A stretch of 63,761 nt of DNA, filler included, from Octopus bimaculoides (Eukaryota): the NCBI RefSeq assembly GCF_001194135.2. It is 5 parts of 5 records of this genome, joined end to end, with 100 filler letters (N's around TTAATTAATTAA, not from the genome) between each part and the next. Parts side by side here need not be neighbours in the genome. Positions count along the whole stretch, not along the records: positions 1 to 31,554 come from NC_068984.1; 4 more parts are not named here. One strand, given 5' to 3'. The notes under the pieces were generated by a model that ran no database searches, had not been told where the DNA came from, and saw only the letters and a program-made list of their open reading frames with translations. Within the stretch, counting starts at the first letter, position 1. Every line of letters begins with the position of its first letter. Position numbers and translations under genes: made by a program. Below, piece by piece: positions 1-11,751 of the stretch.

Positions 1-47
<47 letters not shown>

Positions 48-400
48 ATGTATGTGTGTGTGTATGTATGTGTGTGTATATATGTATGTTTGTTTATGTG
101 TGTATGTGTATGTATGTATGTGTGTGTATGTGTGTATGTGTGTATGTATGTGTGTATGTATGAATGAATGTTTATGTGCGTATGTGTATGCATGTCTGTA
201 TGTATGGATGGAGGGTGTGTGTGTGTATGTGTGTGCATGTATGTGCATCTATGTAAATATATATATTCAAATTATATGAGAGTGTGTGTGTGTGCGTGTG
301 TGTGTGTGCGTGTGTGTGTGTGCGTGTGTGTGTGCGTGCGTGTGTGTGTGCGTGTGTGTGTGCGTGTGTGTGTGTGTGTGTGCGTGTGTGTGTGTGCTTG
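1..400. repeat. (TG)n/(TATG)n compound microsatellite
   Basis: Direct reading; accounts for the MCVCVC-type ORFs. Confidence 0.95.
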
Positions 401-651
401 TATGTCTGTCTTTGTGTCTGTGTTCGTTTCACCACTGCCACATGACAACCAGCGTTGGTTTGTTTACATTCCCCCAACTTACTGGCTCATCATAAAAGTC
501 AGCTAGAATGTAAAGCAGACTTCAAAATAGGCACTGGCATTGATCATTTTCGACTAAAAAAAAAAAAAAAAACCTCTCCAAGCTGGTGCCCCAGCATGGC
601 CACAGCGCCACCAACCGAAACATAAAAGGTTAATGATAAACAAAACAGAAC

Positions 652-739
652 CTCATGAGCCAGTACAATTCCTGAAAAAATTCCAGAAATCTGAGCACAT
701 GTTCCAGTAACCAGTGTACCAATTAGGCGGTTAGGCTTC
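652..739 (-). CDS. Weak candidate internal exon (xKPNRLIGTLVTGTCAQISGIFSGIVLAHE), unidentified protein
   Basis: Pyrimidine-rich acceptor ctgtctctgtctgctggttacag and an open non-repetitive frame; the donor GAG/gttctg is weak. No family recognised. Confidence 0.22.
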
Positions 740-1010
740 CTGTAACCAGCAGACAGAGACAGCGTACCACTAGTCAACCAATTAACATCCTGAGTTCTAT
801 ATATAACCACCATCACCTGAAGACATTCTGATTGTTCAGACACTTTTTACTTGCATAACCTAACTAACATAACACTACTAGTATTACTAACATAACACTA
901 TTAGTCTTATGAATTCGTATTTAGTCTGAAGCCACTCCTGACTGCCATGAATAAAGTTTGTTTTCTCGTGATCTCGATTATTTTCGTAAATATTTTTCCA
1001 TCTTGAGTAA

Positions 1011-1056
<46 letters not shown>

Positions 1057-1271
1057 AAAATGGTTGCTGGTCGATGTTTATGAGTGGGAGGTGGCTTTTA
1101 CTTCAGGTATTGAGAAGCTAAAGTATGATAGAGGAACNNNNNNNNNNNNNNNNNNNNNNNNNNNNNNNNNNNNNNNNNNNNNNNNNNNNNNNNNNNNNNN
1201 NNNNNNNNNNNNNNNNNNNNNNNNNNNNNNNNNNNNNNNNNNNNNNNNNNNNNNNNNNNNNNNNNNNNNNN

Positions 1272-1850
1272 TCATCATCATCATCATCATCATCAATTAA
1301 GGTCTGTTTTATCTGCTGGCATAGGATGGATGCTTTGACAAAATCCGATGAGCCGTAGGACTGCATCAAGCTCCAATGTCTGCTTTGGCATGGTTTCTAT
1401 GGCTGGACACCTTTCTTAATACCAACCACTTTTACAAAGTGGATTGGGTGCCTTTTTTCATGCCACAAACACTAGTAGGGTTGCCAAGCAACTTGCAAAA
1501 CAAAGAAAAGGGAAAAGCTCCCCACCACCAGCTGAGTGGGGGGGGAAGTTGTATTTGAGAGAGGGGGAGGTGGCTTTTACTTCAGGTATTGAGAAGCTAA
1601 AGTATGATAGAGGAACACGTACAGGGGTCTTGCTTGAGGGGGAAATATATGGCTAGCCCCCGTTATAAAAGAGTAAGTGGGAATAACTTGGAAAAAGATA
1701 GAGATGGTGGTGATGAGGTGCCAGAGCAAATTCTCAAAATACAAGAAGGGGCCAGTATAAGAGAGGGTACCTGCAGTGGGACCGGAGGAGAGGAGGAGAA
1801 GGTTAGTACTTTCATAAAAGTGTAAGTAGAAAGTGACTGAAGGTAAGAGA
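1272..1850 (-). mobile_element. RTE-tailed interspersed repeat (family E) with (GAT)n tail
   Basis: Reverse strand reads as a diverged GGAAGGGCATCCAGC-type RTE 3' motif ending in (GAT)n; homologous to 5954-6140, 7090-7460, 18395-18620 and 21830-22730. Confidence 0.7.
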
Positions 1851-1916
1851 TGGAGACTGAAGAGAATGTAGTGAGTGGATGAACATTTTTACAAAACAAT
1901 TGTTAAAAATACATGT

Positions 1917-2412
1917 TTGACCCCCTTAACATTCAGAGTGTTCTGTTAACCATAATGCTTATTTATTCATTGTTTTAGACCAATTATGCATTATTTTGTA
2001 GTTTCAAGATTTCGATGAAATGAGTGTTTATTTTTCTAGGATGACATTGAAGGGTAGACGTGAGATGCCAGATCTGGCCAGTTTAGGTATATAAAACTGG
2101 TAGAATACTTGAGCATGGAGGCGCGTGGCTTAGTGGTTAGGGTGTCGGCATCATGATCGTAAGATTGTGGTTTCGACGTGTTGTGTTCTTGAGCAAAACA
2201 CTTCATTTCACGTTGCTCCAGTCCACTCAGCTGGCAAAAATGAGTAATGCTGTGATGGACTGGCGTCCCGTCCAGCTGGGGGACACATACACCATTGAAA
2301 CCGGGAAACCGGGAAACTGGGCCCATGAGCCTGGCTAGGCTTTAAATGGGCGGATTTATTTTTATTAGAATATTTGAGCCAGATTATGGTTGGTTTAAAG
2401 GCTAAAGAGTTA
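1917..2412. mobile_element. piggyBac-like MITE (degenerate) interrupted by a SINE
   Basis: Ends ttgacccccttaacatt / ggtttaaaggctaaagagttag resemble TTAA-CCCTT termini; a related end lies at 2948-3020. Confidence 0.55.
2115..2365 (+). mobile_element. tRNA-derived SINE family C
   Basis: A-box TGGCTTAGTGG, body gtgttcttgagcaaaacacttcatttcac; 14-bp target duplication TAGAATAYTTGAGC at 2101-2114 and 2366-2379. Confidence 0.85.
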
Positions 2413-2752
2413 GATACCAATGGGAAGTTTAGAAGTTAAACTAATCCAGAAAAGGATTCATTTAAAGGAACAAAGAAACTAGTTCTGTAACTCTAAATAA
2501 AAGCCAACTGAATCTATTCAATTGTTATATAGTCTTTTTTGGTAATTTCCTATTTGATGTTTGGAAAATTGAATTTGTTTTAGTTTGAATTTCATTTCAA
2601 CTCAATTAGCATGTCTTGTTTGCATCTTGCTGCTCCTTGGTTTATTGTGAATTGCAACAAAATACAGACCAGCAGATAATTAATGGAAGGCATACACTTA
2701 AGACACTGGCTTCATCTTTGTCAGATTGTATGACTTGTCTTGCTTGATGTAC

Positions 2753-2799
2753 CTGCCATGGATTGTTGAAAAATTCTCACATGTGCCCAGTGTGAAGCT
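2753..2799 (-). CDS. Candidate exon (xASHWAHVRIFQQSMAx), unidentified protein
   Basis: Acceptor ttattttgaatag, donor CAG/gtacat, 47-nt open frame, phase-compatible with 3225-3254. Confidence 0.35.
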
Positions 2800-2947
2800 C
2801 TATTCAAAATAAGTCAAACATTTTCCCTCACTTTTTACTTGCTGTTCGCAGTGTGTACCATTTATAACTATGAAATGTTTTATTAAAATTCACTACGATT
2901 TTACAAACGGGAAATAGGAAATTACTGTCTTTTTTTCATTTCAGTGT

Positions 2948-3020
2948 TTAACCCTTAGCGTTTAAACTATCCATACCCTCTAGCCCAAATATCCTACCTG
3001 TTTTAAGTTCAATCTGCGAC
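2948..3020. mobile_element. piggyBac-like MITE terminus
   Basis: ttaacccttagcgtttaaac...ccaaatatcctacctgtttt is the reverse complement of the right end of the 1917-2412 element. Confidence 0.55.
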
Positions 3021-3224
3021 ACATAATTTCACATTGCTCTGCAATCATTTTGACATCTGATACACAACACACCTGTGCACCTGTACAGGTAAAGTCAGTA
3101 TGATGGAGGGTGTGAGCTTATGTGAATTCGAACATTTGATCGCTATAAACAAAGCATCTGTGTTGTTGTTCATACGAACATTTGCAAGCTACAAGAAATG
3201 CATGCATGGACATTAACGACTCAC

Positions 3225-3254
3225 TTGTACATCTGCTCTTCCAGTAACTTATAT
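3225..3254 (-). CDS. Candidate short exon (xYKLLEEQMYK); an alternative longer form is 3225-3319
   Basis: Strong donor CAA/gtgagt; acceptor cttcacacag; ends in phase 2, matching the 2799 acceptor. Confidence 0.33.
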
Positions 3255-4166
3255 CTGTGTGAAGTCTACTCATTGTTTGATGATCAAATTTCAGCTCATT
3301 ATGCAACTTTAATTTTCTTCTGAAAAACTGTTCATTTCCAATTTGTTCTTTGAGAGAACTGTTCATATATAGGTAGCCCACTGTAATTTGCTTTTTATGT
3401 TTTACTAAATTATACCATTGTTCATAGAACAACGTTGCTGGTATACACATACACAAAAAACAAACAGAAAAAGTAAAATGGAAAAAAAAACACAGAAAAG
3501 AAGAAGGCAAAAAAAGTATATATATATATATATTAAACTCCAAAATAGACGAAGTTAATGATCTGGAAATCTTTTCAATCAGTTCTCAATACAAAACTCT
3601 CATTGAAATGACAGGTGGAAATGTTAAGGAAACATTTATCTTTTTGGGATTTAGATATTATCTATGTTCTTCTCACTATTGTCAGTAAGAAGATAGCATT
3701 ACTAGAAAACCTTTAAAGCTTTTGTTATCTGATGATTGCTCTGCTGTTATTTGACATGTAATTGCTTATTTATATTTTTGGAGGTAAGTCTGGTTTCAAG
3801 AGAATATTTGACATATGTGTATGTGCATTTTATTAGCGAATGCATACACCACTGCATGTATGGCTGGTGAAATAAAACTTAATATGGCGGAATGAAAATA
3901 AGTGAAAATGAAAGACTATTCTTAGTATTACAGGACATATTATTAGAAGGAGGTGAATACCGGACAAGAAATGTCAAAGTTAATGGTGAAGTAAATGGCT
4001 ATAGAATCAAGTGTTTTAGACTGCTGTAGAAATAGCAAAGGAACTATTGGAAAAGCAATTTTGGCCAAAATAAGTTGTAATGAAAAGAATAGGCAATGAG
4101 ACCTTGCTGATATAACGTTTAGGAAATAGATTGGTAAAAACCCTTTGCAATATGAATTGGTGGAAT

Positions 4167-4372
4167 AAGGTAGCAAGCTAGAAGAATTCCAGGTAAAATG
4201 CTTACTGACATTTTGTCTGTCTTTATGTTCTAAGTTCAAATACCATCAAGGTTAACTTTGTCTTTTATCATTTTGGGGTCAATAAAATAAGTACCAGTTG
4301 AACTCTGGGGGAAATGTAATTGACTTAACTCCGTCCCCAAAACTTGCTGGCCTTGTGCCAAAATTTGAAACC
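4167..4372 (+). mobile_element. tRNA-derived SINE family A (degenerate, tail variant 2)
   Basis: Aligns with intact copies at 8461-8688 and 13054-13270; ends ggccttgtgccaaaatttgaaacc. Confidence 0.75.
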
Positions 4373-4694
4373 GATATGGATTGGTAGAATCATTACAGCA
4401 TCGGATAAGCTGCTGTGTGGATTTTAGCCATAGCTATTTAGTTATAGCCCTTTACGTTCTAAGTTGAAATTTCATTGGCATCAGCTTTGCTTTCCATCTT
4501 TCTAGAGTTGATAAATAAAATCCCAGTCAAGAACTGAGAATAATTTAAACAATTATACACACTACCTCAACATATTGTATCTTATGACAATAAAAGAACA
4601 AAATTCTAACCCTATCCAAAAGCAGAAGATTGCCAGAATTAGAAGAGCAGTTGACAAAATACTATACAATATTTAGTTATTACAGTTGTATAGT

Positions 4695-4862
4695 TAAGAG
4701 ATGAGGAATTATGTACATTATTTACATTATTTACATTTGACAGATATATGTCCTCATCTTGTTTGTTGTTAACACAACGTTTCGGCTGATGTACCCTCCA
4801 GCCTTCATCAGGTGTCTTGGGGAAATTTCGAACCTGGGTTCTCAGTCCTAAGGTATTTTCAA
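4695..4862 (-). mobile_element. 3' half of hammerhead-bearing SINE-like element (family H)
   Basis: Reverse complement of 5395-5545. Confidence 0.85.
4771..4816 (-). ncRNA. Minimal type I hammerhead ribozyme motif (intact core)
   Basis: GACAC-CUGAUGA-A-GGCUG(gaggguacau)CAGCC-GAAA-CG-UU-GUGUU: stem I 5 bp, stem II 5 bp, palindromic ACGU in place of stem III, extra A after A9. Confidence 0.75.
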
Positions 4863-4914
<52 letters not shown>

Positions 4915-4917
<3 letters not shown>

Positions 4918-5088
4918 TTATGTTTGACTTTTGTTTTGCATTTGTACAAGTTGGATCCAAGTCTCACCCAGAGACCTCAAGAGACAACAAGTTAGAAGTT
5001 CATGTAGGTGTTATGCCTAGGGTACCATATATTTGGATTTGTACAGTTTTGTTCTAGTGAATGTTTAAGAAACCATAAGAAAATTATG
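4915..5088 (-). mobile_element. R4/Dong-like LINE 3' end with (TAA)n tail
   Basis: Reverse strand ends gaggtctctgggtgagacttggatccaacttgtacaaatgcaaaacaaaagtcaaacata(aat)n; decayed coding remnant; embedded in TAA repeats. Confidence 0.5.
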
Positions 5089-5159
5089 TNNNNNNNNNNN
5101 NNNNNNNNNNNNNNNNNNNNNNNNNNNNNNNNNNNNNNNNNNNNNNNNNNNNNNNNNNN

Positions 5160-5263
<104 letters not shown>

Positions 5264-5274
5264 GTTATTATTGC

Positions 5275-5545
5275 CCACAAGCATATGGCATAGTGGTTAA
5301 GAGCGTGGGCTACTAACCGCAAGATTCCGAGTTCGATTCCAGGCAGTGACCTGAATAATGATAATAATAATAATAACAATAATAATAATAATGATATTGA
5401 AAAATACCTTAGGAATGAGAACCCAGGTTCGAAATGTCCTAAAGATACCTGATGAAGGCTGGAGGGTATATCAGCTGAAATGTTGTGTTAACAACAAACA
5501 AGATGAGGACAAATATCTGTCAAATGTAAATAATGTAAATAATAC
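5275..5545 (+). mobile_element. Full-length tRNA-headed SINE-like element (family H) with internal (AAT)n and hammerhead-like 3' domain
   Basis: A-box TGGCATAGTGG 5286-5296, B-box GTTCGATTCC 5331-5340, (AAT)n linker, hammerhead motif 5444-5489, TGTAAATAA x2 tail. Confidence 0.85.
5444..5489 (+). ncRNA. Hammerhead motif, CpG-decayed copy
   Basis: GAUAC-CUGAUGA-A-GGCUG(...)CAGCU-GAAA-UG-UU-GUGUU; differs from the 4771-4816 copy by C>T transitions, two at CpG. Confidence 0.6.
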
Positions 5546-5953
5546 ATATTTAGTTATGTTTAGTTAATTCTACCAAAGTCGACTTTAACCCACAATCTTC
5601 TGAAATAAATAAAACAAGTACCATCTAGTACAAGGTTTCATATTATCAACTTTTCCCTCCTACCAAATTTGAGACCTTGTGCCTAAGACAGAGATCAGCA
5701 TTTGCCTCATTTTTTGTATGGTTTTAATTTTACTCTCCTAATCGCTATTCTTGGAGTTGTTGGAACCTTTTTTTCTCAGTGCTGTTGATATTGTTTTGAT
5801 GTTTATGGGTTTCTTCGCTACTCAATTGCATAGGGTTTGATGACCCTTTCTTGTTTTGACAGTCTCTTAAGTTTTAGTCTTGTTATAGCTTATATTAAAT
5901 AGTGGGCTGGTCCTATGTTTGCTTCTCTGTATGCTCTGATATCAATCTAGGAT

Positions 5954-6140
5954 CATCATCATCATCATCATCGTTTACCACCTGCTTTCCATGCTGGCAT
6001 GGGTTGGACGGTTTGACTCGGGACTGGTGAGCCAGATGGCTGCACCAGGCTCCAATCTGATCTGGTAGAGTTTCTACAGCTGGATGCCCTTCCTAACGCC
6101 AACCACTCTGAAAGTGTAGTGGGTGCTTTTACATCCAATG
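5954..6140 (-). mobile_element. RTE-tailed repeat (family E) 3' end
   Basis: Reverse strand: gttggcgttaggaagggcatccagctgtagaaac...ccatgccagcatggaaagcagg...(gat)n. Confidence 0.8.
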
Positions 6141-6386
6141 TGCTTTGGAGCAGAGGAGGAACTGAAACTAAGCTGAACTGGATTACTATATTCTTTGATT
6201 GTCATTGCTTGCCATATTTTTTTACATTTTGCATTTCCCTTCTATAGGCTAAAAAATAAACCTTCATTACAACTTATAGGTTTTGCTATCACCATTCATT
6301 GCAGCATTATTCTAAAGAAAAATAATCTGTCAATTATTAGAGTGATATTTATATCAGAATGTTATGTATAAAATAATTATAAGAGT

Positions 6387-6464
<78 letters not shown>

Positions 6465-6566
6465 TANNNNNNNNNNNNNNNNNNNNNNNNNNNNNNNNNN
6501 NNNNNNNNNNNNNNNNNNNNNNNNNNNNNNNNNNNNNNNNNNNNNNNNNNNNNNNNNNNNNNNNNN

Positions 6567-6617
<51 letters not shown>

Positions 6618-6984
6618 AGGTATATATAATATGATTAATTATATGGGTGTTATATATCAAACCAAAGACTTTAGTAGATTTGCTGATTGCATTTTCAATT
6701 AGTGTTGTATGTATTGATTACTATATTTATCTTAGATAACATTGTGTCTATTTGCTTAAACGGTAATAGTCTATTGTGGCATAAGGTTTTTATTTTTTGT
6801 TTTATTTTATACATAACATCATTACTTTTAGCTTTGTTGTTTCGTTGATTTAATCTTTCCTGTGTTCCTTAATTCTGATCTCTATGGCGGGTATGTTCTA
6901 CCAGAAATATTTGCAATTTTAGATTTGAAATTAAGTGCAGTCCAACACCGGGTTCAGTTCTTGGTGAAGTGTGACAGCTTGAGT

Positions 6985-7087
6985 ACCTCAATGAAACCTT
7001 AGAGTTATGCTAGCAGAGCATAAGCTGTTAGGGCCTCCCATGCTGTACAGGTCAAAGGATAGGTGCTAGACGGTATTGACCATCTCT

Positions 7088-7158
<71 letters not shown>

Positions 7159-7167
7159 CACCATCAC

Positions 7168-7215
<48 letters not shown>

Positions 7216-7735
7216 TTAACGTCTGTTGTCCATGCTAGCATGGTTGGACAGTGTTACCATAGCTGGCAAGCTGGGCGGCGGTGGGGCAGTGTGGGTGGTG
7301 TCTGCATTGGATTCCAGTCTGATTTGGCATGGTTTCTACAGCTGGATGCCCTGCCTAATGCCAACCACTTTACAGAGTGTGCTGGATGCTTTTACGTGTC
7401 ACCGCACAGGCACTTTTATGTGGCATCACCATGGGTGCTTTACGCAACCAGAAGGATCGGTCTTAGAAAGTGGGTTTGCATAGGGCCAATACCCCTACCT
7501 AGAAAAACACGAAGTTACAGAAGCATCGATGACAATTCAAAACCAAACAAGACCTGGGAGATGAAAGCCTTCCCTCAGGGAAACATATATCAGACCCAGA
7601 CTTGGAACTCACAAGGGAGGCAGAAAAGAGGCCAATTGGAATGATCCAAAAAAAGACAGCACAGGGTCAAGAACAATGGAGAGGAGTCGTTGATGGTTTA
7701 TGCTCCAGGGAGAAGAAAAGGGATTAAGTAAATTA
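6985..7735 (+). mobile_element. Internally deleted (bipartite) RTE element: 5'UTR plus ORF 3' end, interrupted by a family E copy
   Basis: 5' part tagggcctcccatgctgtacaggtcaaagg resembles RTE 5'UTRs; 7590-7735 translates TQTWNSQGRQKRG...WRGVVDGLCS, an RTE C-terminus. Confidence 0.55.
7090..7460 (-). mobile_element. RTE-tailed repeat (family E) with expanded (GAT)n tail
   Basis: Same core as 5954-6140; (CAT)n at 7091-7215 creates the spurious poly-His ORF. Confidence 0.8.
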
Positions 7736-8460
7736 AGAATTGTGGATTGGAAAAACTGGTTTACAGACAAAATACCTAGTGGTATTTAGTTTCATGAAAT
7801 CTGAGTTCAAACCTTGCAAAAGTCAGCTTTGCCACTTATTTGGTAAATTAAATAAGTACTAATCTAGTCCTGAGGTAGATACAATCTGTCTTGCTACAAT
7901 TTATCTTGTATGTTTATGTTAGAAATTAACACAAGTCTTTAATTACTTTGTAATTTATATGTATTTTATATAGTCAACTGTATGCAAGTTTCAAATGGCC
8001 AATCACTGGTTCCTTGCATTTCTGAAAGCAAGAAGGATAAGAGAGTGTTTGTAGGTTGGACGTCATTTGAAGAACAACGGCTTAATAATACATACATACA
8101 TACATACAGACAGACATACATAAATACATACATACATACACATAGAGACACGCATGCACAGACCCACACCCCATCCCACCCTGACATACATGTATGACGT
8201 GCTTCTGTATAGTTTCTCTCTACCTAATTCCAATCACAAAGTTAATCCAAGACTATGGTAGAAGACACTTGCCCAAGGTATTGCATGCTGATATCAAACT
8301 TGGAACCAGGTAGGTATGAAATGGACATCTTAAGTCAGTTATGCCTATATGCACTCTTCACCAAGGCTTAGTCTAATGTAACACCACAGAATTATGTGAT
8401 ATTATTGGAAATTATGCTGGAATATTGTCAAAGAGTCTTATTTAAAAAAAAAAAAAAAAT

Positions 8461-8688
8461 TTTTATTGCCCACAAGGGGCTAAACATAGAGGGGACAAAC
8501 AAGAACAGACAAACGGATTAAGTTGATTACATCGACCCCAGTGCGTAACTGGTACTTAATTTATCGACCTCGAAAGGATGAAAGGCAAAGTCGACCTCTG
8601 TGGAATTTGAACTCAGAACATAATGGCAGACGAAATACTGCTAAGCATTTCGCCCGGTGCGCTAACGCTTCTGCCAGCTCGCTGCCTT
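8461..8688 (-). mobile_element. SINE family A, tail variant 1 (Tx1-like tail)
   Basis: Head aaggcagcgagctggcagaagcgttagc, B-box GTTCAAATTCC, core gcctttcatcctttcgaggtcgataaattaagtaccag, tail gtcccctctatgtttagccccttgtgggcaataaaa. Confidence 0.9.
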
Positions 8689-9487
8689 ATTGTCAACGAG
8701 TCTTTAGAATTTCCCCAATCAGAAACCTTGCAGTAAACTTAGACAAGTGGATTCAAAGTCTGACAACTATTTTTCAGCAGTATGATCATTAAATGGTAAA
8801 ATTGCCATTTATAAACAGCTTTATCAGTACACATGTTGTCCCTTGGTAATTCCCTTAATGATGTGAAAACAAGAGGCCTTTATATTATTAAGAGGCCAGT
8901 AGCTGTCAGCTTTCACTACAGAGAAGTTTTATAATGTATTTGTTTACAATGCAGCTGCATACCATACAATGGCAGTTGCTTATTATTTTCCTTCTCTTGA
9001 GCTGTATTGGAATACATATTGACTGTCCCCCCTCCTTGTGTTGTCAAATACTAAAGGAATATTCACCATATGAAACAAATTGTGGATTTTAGGGATATGT
9101 TCCTCACAGCTGTCTCTTTGAAGTTTCTAAAATATTTGTTAACCATTACTGGCAATAATGAACTCATAGTTAGTCCTCTAAATTAATATAATTTATCTCC
9201 CTGTGGGAATTTGAGCTACTCTTAGATAAAATGTCAACATGGCCATAACGTTATCTGGTTATATACTTGTTCCTCTTAAAGGCCTGCATTTCCAATCTAG
9301 TTTTGATATCCAGCAGAATTTTGTCACATAAAAACATTGAATAGAGTAAAGTATTGTTCATAAATAGAGTGTTTTGACCTAAAGATTGGAAATAGAGTGA
9401 AAACATAGTACCTGAGAACAGGTTATATACTAGTCAAAACATTATGAGGAAGTATATAGTTTGAACAATTTAATGTTAATAATTTGA

Positions 9488-9896
9488 AGGCGCAGGAGTG
9501 GCTGTGTGGTAAGTAGCTTGCTTACGAACCGCATAGTTCCGGGTTCAGTTCCACTGTGTGGCACCTTGGGTGAATGTCTTCTACTATAGCCTCGGGCCGA
9601 CCAAAGCCTTGTGAGTGGATTTAGTAGACGGAAACTGAAAGAAGCCCGTCGCATATATGTATATATATATATATGTATGTGTGTGTATATGTTTGTGTGT
9701 CTGTATTTGTCCCCCCCCCCCCACCAATATCACTTGACAACTGACGCTGGTGTGTTTACGTCCCCGTAACTTAGCGGTTCAGCAAAATAGACCGATAGAA
9801 TAAATCCTGGGGTCGATTTGCTCGACTAAAGACGGTGCTGCAGCATGGCCACATTCAAATGACTGAAACAAGTGAAAAAGTAAAAGAGTAAAAGAG
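9488..9896 (+). mobile_element. SINE family B (long, internal microsatellite)
   Basis: Head ggcgcaggagtggctgtgtggtaag, internal (AT)/(GT) tract, tail cagcatggcc...gactgaaacaag(taaaagag)n; more than 10 copies in the window. Confidence 0.9.
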
Positions 9897-10469
9897 TTTT
9901 CAATGTTTAATATGTTGACAATATACAACGTAATAAATATAAAAATAATTTGGAAATGTAATTGAAGAGAACAATGTCCGTAATCTAGCCAATACCATTA
10001 TGTGTGATTCAGTTCCATGGAAATATATGTATTGCTGTTTAGACAACCTGACCAAGTAGACCTGTATTGAAGAGCTATGATCTAAAGCATTCAGCCCATG
10101 ACCGACTTCTCTTTTTTAGCAAGATGTAGGTCTACATTATTTAATGTGTTCTTTCGTTATTTTGATTCAGTAGACTCATGATCAAAGGCATGCCAACTAT
10201 GACCATCATGTCATTTTTCTCAGCCACAAGGACTTCATTATTCACTGTCTACTTCCTCCTTTTTAAGGCAGCAGAGCAGTGAGTCTCAATTGTTTTTTTT
10301 ACTTTCTGGTGTTCAGAAAATTAAACAAAAAGTTATTGACACACTTTGCATGGAAAGTTTAAAAAATGTTATATTTTGATGTTAAGAAATCTAAAAAAGA
10401 ATATAATTCTTGTTTTATTAATCAGATTTGTTTATAATGGTTTCAAATTATTGCACAATACTAACAATT

Positions 10470-10986
10470 TTAGGGTTGGGGTATAGTTGATTATATTGAC
10501 CCCAGTACTTGAGTGGTACTTTATTTCATTGACTCCCAAAACACGAAAGGTACAACTGGTCTCATTAGGATTTGAACTTAGAATATAAACAGCCAGAAGA
10601 AATATTCTTTTCTACTCTAAGCACAAAGCCTGAACATTTTGGGGAAGGGGCCAGTCAATTAGATCTACCACAGTACACAACTGGTACTTAATTTATTGAC
10701 CCGAAAGGATGAAAGGCAAAGTTGACCTCGGCAGAAAGCCAGAAGAAATATTTATTTCTTTATTACCAATAAGGGGTTAAACATAGAGGGGGCAAACAAG
10801 GACAGACAAAGGGATTAAGTCGATTACATCAACCCCAGTGCATAACTGGTACTTATTTAATCGAACCTGAAAGGATGAAAGACAAAGTCGACCTTGGTGG
10901 AATTTGAAATCAGAATGTAACGGCAGACAAAATACCGCTAAGCATTTCGCCCGGCATGCTAACACTTCTGCCAGCTCATCACCTTA
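10470..10986 (-). mobile_element. SINE family A tandem trimer (one headed and two head-less units)
   Basis: Three successive cores; both junctions read aatatttcttctggct on the element strand. Confidence 0.85.
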
Positions 10987-11710
10987 AGAAATATTAAAAG
11001 CATTTTGTTGAAAGCAGAAACGGTTCTGTCATATCATTGCCTTTATATGGGTTTATAATAAAATTCTAAATAACACATTTTTCAGGATGTTCAACTTAAA
11101 TTTTCCTAAAGCTTTAAAATTTATATTTAAAAATCTACAGTGTACCTAGATACCCCTTGAGGTACACCAGGCTGCATTGGAATACTATTTAGGAATCACT
11201 TCAGTAGAGTGTGTGGTCTGGGTGGAATTTGGCAACTACAGTATTTCTAACAGGTTGAATTACAATGTAGAGAATCCCTTGTTGACTTGTAGAAACAGGT
11301 GTAAAAGAAGCTACAAAATTCTGAGGAATGATGTTATAAAGATAGGTTTTCCTTTGCCGTAACCAGTTCTCTTTTTTTTATTAGAAAAAATGGGATAGCC
11401 TAATCAGTGAACCTGAAATATAGTAGCTGTAGGTTTGAAATGATGGACACTCATGTGAAGTGTTGCATTTAAAACTTTGATATATGTTATCGTTCTAATC
11501 AAGACAAATTAGTCTACTTGCTTGTTCCTATTATGAGGGGCTTATTGTATAAGGGGCATCTTACTGCAAAAGCATCTTTTTCTTTTTTTTTCAATAATAT
11601 TCAACTTTCCAAATTTAGTAAATAAATTCTATCATTTTAATGTGCAAAATTTATTAAAGAATATGAAATCCAATGATGAATGAGAATGGCTGGACACATA
11701 CTAAGACTGC

Positions 11711-11747
<37 letters not shown>

Positions 11748-11751
11748 TCAC

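Noticed and set aside
3700-3790. Plus-strand coding exon ending at the strong donor GAG/gtaagt (3784)
   Set aside because: All three frames contain stops shortly upstream; it could only be non-coding or chance.
5281-5350. tRNA gene
   Set aside because: It has A/B boxes but poor acceptor and anticodon stems, and continues into a SINE body; it is a SINE head.
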